A stretch of DNA of 63,988 nucleotides, counting the filler, from Octopus bimaculoides (lineage: Eukaryota): assembly GCF_001194135.2 (NCBI RefSeq). It is 5 parts of 5 records of this genome, joined end to end, with 100 filler letters (N's around TTAATTAATTAA, not from the genome) between each part and the next. Parts side by side here need not be neighbours in the genome. Positions count along the whole stretch, not along the records: positions 39,144 to 48,477 come from NC_069010.1; positions 48,578 to 62,761 come from NC_068994.1; 3 more parts are not named here. One strand, 5' to 3'. Shown in pieces: positions 39,230 through 51,737 of the stretch; position 1 is the first letter of the stretch, and each line of letters starts with the position of its first letter. The position numbers and the translations under genes are program-made. The notes under the pieces were generated by a model, which searched no databases, was not told the DNA's origin, and saw only the letters and a program-made list of their open reading frames with translations.

Positions 39230-39581
39230 TCAAAATATTCTTGTGCCGGAAAAACTGACTTATTAGTGTTCATATGTAACTTAAGAATCTCACTGGTTAT
39301 GTTCTGAGTCAAACTCACAGACATATTAACAAAAGAGCGAGCCTCAGTGAAGTTAGCCGGGATGCTGAAGTTATCAGCCGTGAAATTCGACACAATGTGT
39401 GAACCGTTCTTGAAACGGGCGAAAATGTCGTAGCATCGGTGGGTGTTCCAGGAGTTTTCACAACTGATCCAGGGCAGGTTACTGGTAAACGAAGCGAAAA
39501 AATAGTGTAGGGACCAGGCGATGATGACGTTGTAGAAGAAGTCTGTGTAGAAAGCAATGAGGACCACAGCCCAGCCGATTC
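39230..39581 (-). CDS. DAT: Internal exon (TM3 + EL2) of the same DAT-like SLC6 transporter
   Basis: Minus strand reads ctcccttcctctcttccag|GA ATC GGC TGG ... GAA TAT TTT GA|gtaagt. The 352 nt join in phase with the 46318 donor and give [50 protein letters not shown]...[11 protein letters not shown]3 closely resembles Drosophila DAT ([20 protein letters not shown], recalled); the EL2 cysteine pair is present. Confidence 0.93.
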
Positions 39582-39835
39582 CTGGAAGAGAGGAAGGGAG
39601 AAATAATGGTTAAGAAAATGGTAAGGAGAGAGGTGTTTGTCCCCTCTATGTTTAGCCCCTTGTGGGCAATATAAAGAAATAAGGAGAGAGGTGGAGGGAG
39701 AGAGAGAGAGAGAGTGTGTTTGTGTGGGCATATGTGTAAGTGCATATATGTAACAGTAAGTGTATGTGTGGATGTGTTTGTGAAAATGTATGTATGCGTG
39801 GAAGTATGTGTTGTGTGTGTGTGTGTGTATGTATA

Positions 39836-42071
39836 CAGGGTCTTGCAGATAAACTGAAACAGTTTTTACAATACATAAAGCTGGTTATAAATACTAAAAT
39901 AATGGTAGTAGACAGATATAATTTTTAATGTAACATTTATTACAACGAAAACATTTATCACTCAATATGGCTGCCCTTTTGGGCATTTACTGTCTCCATA
40001 CAAGAACGAAATTTTTTTGCAGCTGCCGTAAACCTCTGCCATTTTGATTTTGCCTGTTGTACGCATGATGCAGGTCTCCAAACTGTCAACACTCAAGTGT
40101 GGTGAAGCATTGATCCTTGCTTGAAGTATGCCCCACAAAAAAGTAATCGAGATGGTTGAGATCTGAGCTACTACTGGGCCTGATTGTTGTCCCACACAAA
40201 AAAATGGCACCTTCTCACCAAGGAAGGCCTCTGTTGCTTTTGACCCATGGCATCGTGCAGAATCCTGAATAAGCACCACATTTGTCAAGCCCAAACTTCT
40301 GCTCCAAGCAAGGTAACAAAGAGTTCTTCAGGATGTCTAGATACTACTTTGTGCCAATCTGCAAGCCAAAATCAATGAAGCATAGATCATGACACTTCCA
40401 TTACTTGCCATGGNNNNNNNNNNNNNNNNNNNNNNNNNNNNNNNNNNNNNNNNNNNNNNNNNNNNNNNNNNNNNNNNNNNNNNNNNNNNNNNNNNNNNNN
40501 NNNNNNNNNNNNNNNNNNNNNNNNNNNNNNNNNNNNNNNNNNNNNNNNNNNNNNNNNNNNNNNNNNNNNNNNNNNNNNNNNNNNNNNNNNNNNNNNNNNN
40601 NNNNNNNNNNNNNNNNNNNNNNNNNNNNNNNNNNNNNNNNNNNNNNNNNNNNNNNNNNNNNNNNNNNNNNNNNNNNNNNNNNNNNNNNNNNNNNNNNNNN
40701 NNNNNNNNNNNNNNNNNNNNNNNNNNNNNNNNNNNNNNNNNNNNNNNNNNNNNNNNNNNNNNNNNNNNNNNNNNNNNNNNNNNNNNNNNNNNNNNNNNNN
40801 NNNNNNNNNNNNNNNNNNNNNNNNNNNNNNNNNNNNNNNNNNNNNNNNNNNNNNNNNNNNNNNNNNNNNNNNNNNNNNNNNNNNNNNNNNNNNNNNNNNN
40901 NNNNNNNNNNNNNNNNNNNNNNNNNNNNNNNNNNNNNNNNNNNNNNNNNNNNNNNNNNNNNNNNNNNNNNNNNNNNNNNNNNNNNNNNNNNNNNNNNNNN
41001 NNNNNNNNNNNNNNNNNNNNNNNNNNNNNNNNNNNNNNNNNNNNNNNNNNNNNNNNNNNNNNNNNNNNNNNNNNNNNNNNNNNNNNNNNNNNNNNNNNNN
41101 NNNNNNNNNNNNNNNNNNNNNNNNNNNNNNNNNNNNNNNNNNNNNNNNNNNNNNNNNNNNNNNNNNNNNNNNNNNNNNNNNNNNNNNNNNNNNNNNNNNN
41201 NNNNNNNNNNNNNNNNNNNNNNNNNNNNNNNNNNNNNNNNNNNNNNNNTATATATATATGGAGCTATGGCAAAGAACAAATCAAGTTTCGATTAGGGAGC
41301 AAATATTTAAGAAAAACTGGAAGTGGATTGGTAGCACAATTAGAAAGGACACACCAAATGCAGCGAAAAGCGCTTTACAGTGGAATCCGGATGGATATAG
41401 AAAGAGGGGTAGGCCTAAGAACTCGTGGCGTAGATCAACACAAAAGGAACTAGAGAAAGGGGGACATTCATGGCAGAGCATAAGTGCAGAAGCGAGAAAT
41501 TATGCGACATGGAATTCAATTATAAGTGGCCTATACTCCGCGTTGGAGGGTTAAAGGCAAGAAAGAAAGTTAGGAGGTGATGGCATCATCAAACATAGCT
41601 AGTCATGCCAAAGTTCCTGTTCACAGCTCTGGACACTGTGGAAAGGGACACATTGTGTTTCTTTGCAAGAGTTGTCATGGATGGGTTGGCTTCGATCAAG
41701 CATTTGAGGTCAGTGAGAAACTTTGGATTGTACTTGGAATCTCTTCGAGTCTTGTGTTCTTTTCTATTAATCTTTCCCTTTTCTTTAAATTGTTCATACA
41801 CACAATAAACTGTTGCTTTTGAAAGTTTCATCAGCTTAACAGCTTTATTGGCACTGTGCCTGGTAAACTCCAAGACAACAATGGTGGAATGATTCTGTTG
41901 TTCAATGGCATTCCATTGTCAAATCAGTTTGCTATTTACCTGAAAAAGATAAAGATGTGGCTAAGATTTTCAAGCAAGCAAGGTTTTGTCAAAAAGTAAA
42001 ATGTTAAACCCACAAAGTCAATTACTTAAAATTGATCTCAATTTATCTGCGAGTTTTGGGGGGAGACGTTG
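39836..42071 (-). mobile_element. mariner-type transposon (maT/DD37D-like) within the DAT intron, decayed and interrupted
   Basis: Related termini TA|CAGGGTCTTGCAGATAAA and ATTTATCTGCGAG..GAGACGTTG|TA. HTH region 41589-41873; catalytic region IQDSARCH..LWGILQ..VDSL..GSHIE at 39962-40300. Confidence 0.78.
41258..41570 (+). mobile_element. LINE (RTE-like) 3' end nested in the mariner
   Basis: WKWIGSTIRK..ALQWNPDGYRKRGRPKNSWRR, followed by a (GAAA)-type tail. Confidence 0.75.
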
Positions 42072-42289
42072 TATGTGTCTGAAAATGATTGGTTGGAACT
42101 GCATATATGTATGTGGGTATGTGTACATGCATGTATGCAAGTGTATATGTGAGTGTGTAGATGCAGGTGTGTGTGGGTTTGTGTATAGATATCTGTCTGT
42201 ATACATGTGTCTCTGTTTCTATATCTACCATCATACCATTCAGTCTGCTTCCTCACAAATCTCCCAGTCTATCTCTGTCTACAATCGTG

Positions 42290-42752
42290 CTTTACCACCA
42301 CCACCACAGCCACCACCATCATCACAACTACAGCCACCATCACCACCACTACCTCCAACACCACCACAATCACCACCACCACTACCAATACCATGACGAC
42401 GATCGCCTCCACCACCACCACCACCACCACCATCATCACCATCACCACTATCACTAACATCACCACCACCACCACTAATATCATCTCAACCGCCACCACC
42501 ACCACCACCACTAACACCACCACCACCAACAACAATACCACCAATACCACCACCATCACTACCACCACCACCATCATGACAACTACAACCACCATCATCA
42601 CCACTAAATGCAACACCACCACTACCAATACCATGACGACGACCATCACCACCACCACCACTAACACCACCGCCAACAACAACAATAATATCACCAAAAT
42701 CACCACCACCAATACCACCACCATCACTACCATTACCACCACCACCACCACT
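42290..42752. repeat. Degenerate (ACC)n/(ATC)n triplet repeat
   Basis: Seen directly; source of spurious poly-T/H/V/G ORFs. Confidence 0.9.
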
Positions 42753-43192
42753 GTCAGTCATCAGCTAATCTATAATTCTGTCTCAACTGACACATTAGCT
42801 TCACCGATCTTAACCGATTTTGTGTCATTATCAGAATACCTCCAGCCAAGTGGAAAATGGTTGCATGCACATGCTTGTGCACATATATACATCCATACAT
42901 AAACATATATATAAATACATACATACCTACACACACACACATTTATATATATATATGTCTGTATATCTATATTTATATCTGTCTATCTGTCCACTCCATT
43001 TCCTCTTTATATATATATATACATATATATAAAACACTTAGTCGTGTTAACAAAAGGATGTGGTTTCATGTCCCACGCATACGGGGAAAGCCTACTTTTT
43101 TCTGTCAAGGTCTTATATGCCTCATTATTAGACTATTTTCCTTAGTCATTTGCATGGTTATTGCTACAAGCTTTAAGCTTATAAAAAAATAC

Positions 43193-43232
<40 letters not shown>

Positions 43233-44279
43233 NNNNNNNNNNNNNNNNNNNNNNNNNNNNNNNNNNNNNNNNNNNNNNNNNNNNNNNNNNNNNNNNNNNN
43301 NNNNNNNNNNNNNNNNNNNNNNNNNNNNNNNNNNNNNNNNNNNNNNNNNNNNNNNNNNNNNNNNNNNNNNNNNNNNNNNNNNNNNNNNNNNNNNNNNNNN
43401 NNNNNNNNNNNNNNNNNNNNNNNNNNNNNNNNNNNNNNNNNNNNNNNNNNNNNNNNNNNNNNNNNNNNNNNNNNNNNNNNNNNNNNNNNNNNNNNNNNNN
43501 NNNNNNNNNNNNNNNNNNNNNNNNNNNNNNNNNNNNNNNNNNNNNNNNNNNNNNNNNNNNNNNNNNNNNNNNNNNNNNNNNNNNNNNNNNNNNNNNNNNN
43601 NNNNNNNNNNNNNNNNNNNNNNNNNNNNNNNNNNNNNNNNNNNNNNNNNNNNNNNNNNNNNNNNNNNNNNNNNNNNNNNNNNNNNNNNNNNNNNNNNNNN
43701 NNNNNNNNNNNNNNNNNNNNNNNNNNNNNNNNNNNNNNNNNNNNNNNNNNNNNNNNNNNNNNNNNNNNNNNNNNNNNNNNNNNNNNNNNNNNNNNNNNNN
43801 NNNNNNNNNNNNNNNNNNNNNNNNNNNNNNNNNNNNNNNNNNNNNNNNNNNNNNNNNNNNNNNNNNNNNNNNNNNNNNNNNNNNNNNNNNNNNNNNNNNN
43901 NNNNNNNNNNNNNNNNNNNNNNNNNNNNNNNNNNNNNNNNNNNNNNNNNNNNNNNNTATATATATGCATATATATATACTTCCCCTGAAGTTACCTTATT
44001 TGGGAAGACAAGAACAGTAGTACTTTTCCCAGTGCAAAATCAAACTGCATTTCATATAGTCTGATTCTGTTTTTAATTAAGTGGGTCCTCAATCGTCCAA
44101 CCCATGCTAGCATGGAAAGCGGACGTTAAACGATGATGATGATGATGATGATATATATCAATGTATATTAAAATTTTCTGTTGTACAGACAATATGTAAA
44201 TGTAAAAAAAATAACATGCATGTTTGTAGATGCTTGAAATATCTAGCAAAGTAGGATAGAGCTTCGTCATACGTGCAAT

Positions 44280-44618
44280 TAATCAGATTATTCAGGAAGT
44301 TGTCATCCCCCAATAACTGGTGTAGAAGCATTATAATCAATTTTTGCAAAGGTAAAGGAGATACCTTAGATGGAAGTAATTACAGAGGTATCAAATTGCT
44401 GGAAGAGCATAGGCTCGAAATGTTAAAGACTTTTTCATTTCCTGAGCATTATACTAATAGGAGTGGCTGTGTGCTAAGTAGCTTGCATACCAACCACATG
44501 GTTCTGGGTTCAGTCCCACTGCGTGGCACCTTGGGCAAGTGTCTTCTACTATAGCCTCGGGCCGACCAAAGCCTTGTGAGTAGATTTGGTAGACAGAAAC
44601 TGAAAGAAGCCCATCGTA

Positions 44619-44675
<57 letters not shown>

Positions 44676-45715
44676 ATATGTTTGAGTGTCTGTGTTTGTC
44701 CCCCCAACATCGTTTGACAACCAATGGTGGTGTGTTTACGTCCTCATAACTTAGCGGTTCAGCAAAAGAGACCGATAGAATAAGTATGAATAAGTAGAAT
44801 AAGTAATGAAGAAAGTGAGGACCCACTTAATTAAAAACAGAATCAGACTATATGAAATGCAGTTTGATTTTGCACTGGGAAAAGTACTACTGTTGTTGTC
44901 TTCCCAAATAAGGTAACTCCAGGGTAAGTATTTAGCTAAAAACAAAACTATTATATTTTGGTATTTGTTTAACTGGAGAAAGCTTTCAACAAGGTGCCTC
45001 GTTGTAAGATATGGTGGTGGTCTCTGAGGAACCTATGGGTAGACAAATGGCTTGTAAAAGCTGTACAAGCCATGGATAAGGGTGCTGTCAGTAAGGTGAG
45101 AGTTAGCCATGCATACAGGGATGTATTGAGTGTGTAGGTAGGCATTTGTCAGGGCTCAGTTTTCGGTCCCCTTTCTATTCATCATTATCCTCCAGGCCTT
45201 AATAAAAGAATTCAAGAGTGGCTGCCCTTGGTACTACTGTAAACTGATGATCTCACTCTCATAACGGTGTCTGTAAGAGAAGGGGAAAAGAAATTCCAGA
45301 TGTGGAAGCAAGACCTGGAATCAAAGGGCCTTAAAGTTAACTTTGCAAAGACCAAGGTTCTAGTAAGCAATGAATTAGACGATACTCTACTCCCTTCAGG
45401 TGAATGGCCCTGCTTGATATGTAAGAAAGGTGTAGGCAGGAATTCCATAGTGTATCCGGTACAAGCTATGGACACACAAGTGGTGCAGTGGAATCATGGG
45501 TAAGTAGTGTTTGCATGCAGAAGATGCACAGGTGCCATAAAGACCAATGGAAATTGATTCTCTTAAATGTCCTGGAGGCTTCCAAGACGTAATAGATAGT
45601 TACTCTTACCTAGGTGACCTATTTAGCAGTGCAGGAGGGTGTTCTGAAAGTGTAATTATTAGAATAAGAGTAGGATGGAGAAAGTTCAGCGAGTTATTAC
45701 CTCTGTTGGCAGTAA
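44280..45715 (+). mobile_element. RTE-clade LINE RT remnant, interrupted by a SINE
   Basis: CKGKGDTLDGSNYRGIKLL, EMQF..GKSTT, LEKAF.KVP, GSVFGP.LFII, DDL, WKQDLESKGLKVNFAKTK, YLGD..RIRVGWRKFSELLP. Confidence 0.8.
44457..44790 (+). mobile_element. Main SINE family 1 inside the RTE remnant
   Basis: High similarity to 8903-9180. Confidence 0.85.
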
Positions 45716-45728
45716 AACCACCACAATG

Positions 45729-45729
<1 letters not shown>

Positions 45730-45763
<34 letters not shown>

Positions 45764-45972
45764 GTTTAACGTCTGCTTTCCATGCTAGCATGGGTTGGAT
45801 GATTTGACTGAGGACTGGTGAAACCGGATGGCTTACACCAGGCTCCAATCTGATTTGGCAGAGTTTCTACAGCTGGATGCCCTTCCTAACGCCAACCACT
45901 CAGAGAGTGTAGTGGGTGTTTTTACGTGTCACCCGCACGAAGGCCAGTCAGGCGGTACTGGCAACGGCCACA
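45730..45972 (-). mobile_element. RTE-tail-like short repeat with (GAT)n tail (family 4)
   Basis: (CAT)n-cgtttaacgtc..ccatgctagcatgggttgg..ggatgcccttcctaacgccaaccac; near-identical copy at 47549; inverted tail fragment at 44092-44150. Confidence 0.7.
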
Positions 45973-46079
45973 TATAAATATGTCTGATTATCTATCTATC
46001 TAAATATATATATATGTGTGTGTGTGCATATATATTGTGTGTGTGTATATATGTGTGTGTGTATATATATATTTGTGTG

Positions 46080-46110
<31 letters not shown>

Positions 46111-46317
46111 ACATATATGTGTGCATATACATATATATATATATAGGTATGTGTGTGTGTGTGTGTACATATATATGTGTGTATATACATATATATATAG
46201 GTATGTGTGTGTGTTCATGTATGTATGTCTATACATATACACACTTGTATGTATATGAATGTGTATCTGTGTGCGTAGAATGGATTGTTGTTTAGTGTTG
46301 CATTGTCTGTGACTTAC

Positions 46318-46452
46318 CTTTGAATAACGGACATATTCTAGCCCAGCATGTTATGGCGCCAGACCGGTTGAATTGTCCAAGAGCCAGTTCCATGTAGAAT
46401 AATGGGATCCCACCGAGGATTAACATGAGTACGTACGGCACTAGGAAAGCCC
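46318..46452 (-). CDS. DAT: Internal exon (TM2 to IL1) of an SLC6 monoamine transporter, dopamine-transporter-like
   Basis: Minus strand reads ctgac..catttcttttgcag|GG GCT TTC CTA ... TTC AAA G|gtaagt. The 135 nt encode (G)[44 protein letters not shown](G), with the SLC6 motifs GAFLxPY and [12 protein letters not shown]. Phase 1 at both ends. Confidence 0.93.
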
Positions 46453-46508
46453 CTGCAAAAGAAATGTGGTCAGAGTCAGACAACGTTGTTGTTGTTGTTG
46501 TTGTTGTC

Positions 46509-46539
<31 letters not shown>

Positions 46540-46624
46540 CTAGCTGGACCCGTGAAAAATTCACGGAAGACATAAAAAAATGTAAGCATCTGTAAACAGT
46601 GTACTGGTGCCATGAGAAATATTT

Positions 46625-46790
46625 GTATGTTATGACCGTCTGTCTTTACATTCTGAGTTCAAATTCTGCTGAGATCAACTTTTCCTTTCATCCTTTTGGG
46701 GTCGATAAATCAAGTACCAGTTGCATACTGGGGTTGATCTCATCAACTATCCCCCTCCCCACAAAAAAAAAATTCAGGCCTAGAAAAGTA
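46625..46790 (+). mobile_element. SINE family 2
   Basis: gtctttacattctgagttcaaattc..ggggtcgataaatcaagtaccagttg. Confidence 0.7.
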
Positions 46791-47330
46791 TATTGTGACA
46801 GTTACAGAATATAGAAAGTAAATATAACACCAATGACTAGATAATCCAATCGAAATATCTCAGTTACACAAACCTAAACGGAATTACTATTTGACCCATA
46901 AACTGCTGGGATTTTGCTGTATGTAACACGAACTGCTGAGCCTATTTTGGGTAAAGGTCAACATCAATCTATCACTCGAAAAAAAATACTCAGTGTTTCT
47001 TAACACCTTCTGTGATTGGCTACACTGTTTCTGCGGTGAAACGGTATCGTGTGCATACATTATATGTCATCAAAATTGGGTCAGATCATGCCCTACTTCC
47101 GTGGCCACAAACGTGGCCTGTCGCACTGTCGCGTTGGCCACTGAGGTGGCCTATCGCAGTTTATGGGTTAACCTTAGAATACATCATACATATTCAAAGA
47201 ACCTTAATGTAAAAATTGAAATGCAAAAGAACGAAATAATAAATGGATCTATGAATGAAAGTTTGGCAATTGCGTTTATTTCCACCACGCAACACTTGTT
47301 GTTGCAATACATGTTTTAACTAACCTATAC

Positions 47331-47364
<34 letters not shown>

Positions 47365-47548
47365 TACATTCCTACATATGTCTCGAGTTGTAGCTGTAAT
47401 TCAAAGGGGCCAGCCTTGTCATATTCTGTGTGAGGCTGAATCTCCCTGAGAACTATGTTAATGTTATGCATGTCTCATAAACCAGCCTTCACCAGGAAAA
47501 AAATTATAGACTTCTCTACTTTTCAGAGTGTGCTTCTTCTCCAGATTT

Positions 47549-47882
47549 ATCATCATCATCATCGTCGTTTAACGTCCGCTTTCCATGCTAGCATGGGTTG
47601 GACGATTTGACTGAGGACTGGTGAAACCGGATGGCAACACCAGGCTCCAATCTAAATTTGGCAGTGTCTACAGCTGGATGCCCTTCCTAACGCCAACCAC
47701 TCAGAGAGTGTAGTGGGTGCTTTTATGTGTCACCCGCACGAAGGCCAGTCAGGCGGTATTGGCAACGGCCACGCTCAAAATGGTGTATTTTATGTGCCAC
47801 CTGCACAAGAGCCAGTCCAGGGGCACTGGCAACGATCTCGCTCGAAAATCTTATAAAGGCCAGTCAGGCGGTACAGGCAACG

Positions 47883-47885
<3 letters not shown>
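47549..47885 (-). mobile_element. Family 4 repeat with internal subrepeats
   Basis: Matches 45730-45972; the ggccagtcaggcggta.tggcaacggcca unit is reiterated. Confidence 0.7.
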
Positions 47886-47917
<32 letters not shown>

Positions 47918-48477
47918 AGGATCAAAGAGATGACACTGGAAAAATTTCCGAAATGAATTTCATTATCTTACAGCTGTTCTTGTTATAAGATGCAGTGGAC
48001 TCTTAGTTGAGTCCCTGGGTAACATCTGGTGTCATATTTATTTCCTGTTACCACTCCATATTCACTTAACATGCTGTTCTAGATTGTATGTTTGCTGAGT
48101 TTTACACCAGGTTATTAGTCTCACTATGCCTAAGTGAATTATTAATACATATATATATATATATACATACATGCATGCATATATATCAATATATTTTTCC
48201 AGAATCAATCACACCGCAGTTGCATAGATAAAAGAGTTTGTTTCTTTTTCTGTACTCCTGCCATCATCAATACCACAACAAGAACAGCAACAGCAAAGCA
48301 TAAAAGAGAAATGAATGACAAGCAAGCCCATCAGATGGTAAATCGTCCATATTAAATTAATGCGGTGGCGGTGGTGGTGGTCATGATGTTCGGAGGGCAT
48401 ACTTTTCTTTCTCCCCACCTTCTACTTATACTGTCTTTGTGTGGTGGTCATTACACACACACACACACACACACACA

Positions 48478-48577
48478 NNNNNNNNNNNNNNNNNNNNNNN
48501 NNNNNNNNNNNNNNNNNNNNNTTAATTAATTAANNNNNNNNNNNNNNNNNNNNNNNNNNNNNNNNNNNNNNNNNNNN
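48478..48577. other. Artificial 100-bp join spacer
   Basis: 44 N + TTAATTAATTAA (48522-48533) + 44 N. Confidence 0.9.
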
Positions 48578-48634
48578 TATATATATATATATGTACACAC
48601 ACGCACGCACACACAACATACGCGCGCGTGCGCG

Positions 48635-48696
<62 letters not shown>

Positions 48697-49721
48697 TATA
48701 TCTGTATATGCATGCATGAGTGTGGCATAAGTCTTCCACCCAACAACAAGAATTGTGCTTCTGATAGGCTTCCATACAGTTTGCGTGATGCGTTCCAATA
48801 ACACAAAACTTCTTTTAGTAACGAGAGAGGATGACAACTTCCACACTGAAAGTTTTCTTATTATTTTCACAAAACTATTTCAATTAATGGTAATGTACTC
48901 CACCGTAGTTTCACCATTTCAAAACAAGAGACAGACAAAACGTATATCTTCAGATACTCATGCGATGGATTAAGCTTTTAGTGTTGTCAGTGTATGCATT
49001 GGAAGAGACGACTGGTTTTTATAATGTCAGTGGTAGGAGAAATATGAGCTGAGCGGGATCATGGGTTTCCAAAATAGATTAGCGACATATTAGTTGTTTA
49101 TTATCGGTATATTAGTGGCATAAGGAAATATCTACGACCGAGGATTGAAACTGAACGTCGAATTTATTTGGTCGGTAGCTTACAATCTACGACATAGTGA
49201 CTAATATTGAGTGATCGATTTGAGCAAAGAGAAAGAGCAAATAGTAAAAAAGACAAGGGAAAAGACACAACACAAAATAAAATAAACACACACACACACA
49301 CACACTAAGACAGACACTTCCTTCCGTCGAAATGAACGTCCTTCAAATATACACATTACAAGGAAGGAAACCCGACCCCCGAGATATTGCACAAATTGCA
49401 AGAGAAAACATCTTGTTCTTGCACAACCAGCATAAATATGAGAAGACATATTGAATATTGTAATGTATATGGTCACAGATGGAACGCCTTTGTTCATAGA
49501 CCAGTTCGATGTGGGTTGACACACAGCCAAACAACCATAAATCCCAAACAGTCAAACGGGTGTATATTATGCACCAACTATGCAAATATATACACACAAT
49601 TACTCACACATATACTAATGTAATTTACATACACGTATACATGCATACATAGCGGCACACAAGCATACACATATACACACACACACATACATATACACAC
49701 AAATACATACATAAATATACA

Positions 49722-49761
<40 letters not shown>

Positions 49762-50055
49762 CATACATGCATCCATATAGATTCTCCCACCCACACACGC
49801 AAAATTAAACAAATATTTTCAGATTTATTTCTTTTTAAAACCCATTTGACAGAATCAACCATTTTAATGATATCATGCATACATAATGACCTCATGCATC
49901 TATAAACATCTTGCATACATATGTAAACGTGTATACACATACATACGCATAAATACTCACGACATCCCCAAACACATGCATATATATTTGTGTGCATCCG
50001 TCTATATATTGACGAGTGTCTGTGCGTCTGTGGATGTACATACATGCACATATAC

Positions 50056-50102
<47 letters not shown>

Positions 50103-50202
50103 CTGTACATACATACACACACATACACACATACATATATATATGTATATACATGTATATACATATATATATGTATGTATGTGTGTGTATGTATGTACAG
50201 AA

Positions 50203-50237
<35 letters not shown>

Positions 50238-50774
50238 GATTGCATTGGAGTAAAATACATTATAAATTGTTTGAATGACTCGCTCAGGAGATTATTATAT
50301 ACACCATTATCCTTCGCTACATTATGTATAAATATAGCTATTCTTCAGAACTTCAACCATTATCGAAATATGTCACGTATTACAAGTTCACAGTAAAAAC
50401 TCAATTTCTTAGTAGTCGTTGTGACATTTTAAAATAAATTGTAGTTTTCACTTATGCAAATAGACAAAAATTATAATAAAAGACATGTATCGATAGTTTA
50501 TATGTGTGTGGGGTAGGTGTGTGCATACACGGAGATAGATAGAGAGATAGATAGATAGATTGGTAGGTAGATAGATGGATGGATAGATAGATAGATACAT
50601 ACATACATACATACATACATACATACACACATATAAACATATATGCATATCTATATACATACACAAACACAGACATGTATATATATGCTTATATAAATAC
50701 GTATATATACACACATATACACAGACATATATATACAAATATATATATATATATACATAATATATGTATGTTTG

Positions 50775-50827
<53 letters not shown>

Positions 50828-50929
50828 ACCCTTATCAGACGAGTAGTCATGATGGGTATATTGGGCTTCGTATAATTGTGTTTCCCAGTGTCACTTCGAT
50901 GGCATACGCTGCTACGAACATGAACAAGA

Positions 50930-51737
<808 letters not shown>

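Noticed and set aside
42161-42942. Mucin-like poly-Thr and poly-His/Val/Gly ORFs
   Set aside because: All frames are open only because of an (ACC)n repeat; it is intronic to DAT with no splice or domain support.
46991-47200. hAT-like terminus CAGTGTTTCTTAAC
   Set aside because: No partner TIR or TSD found nearby.
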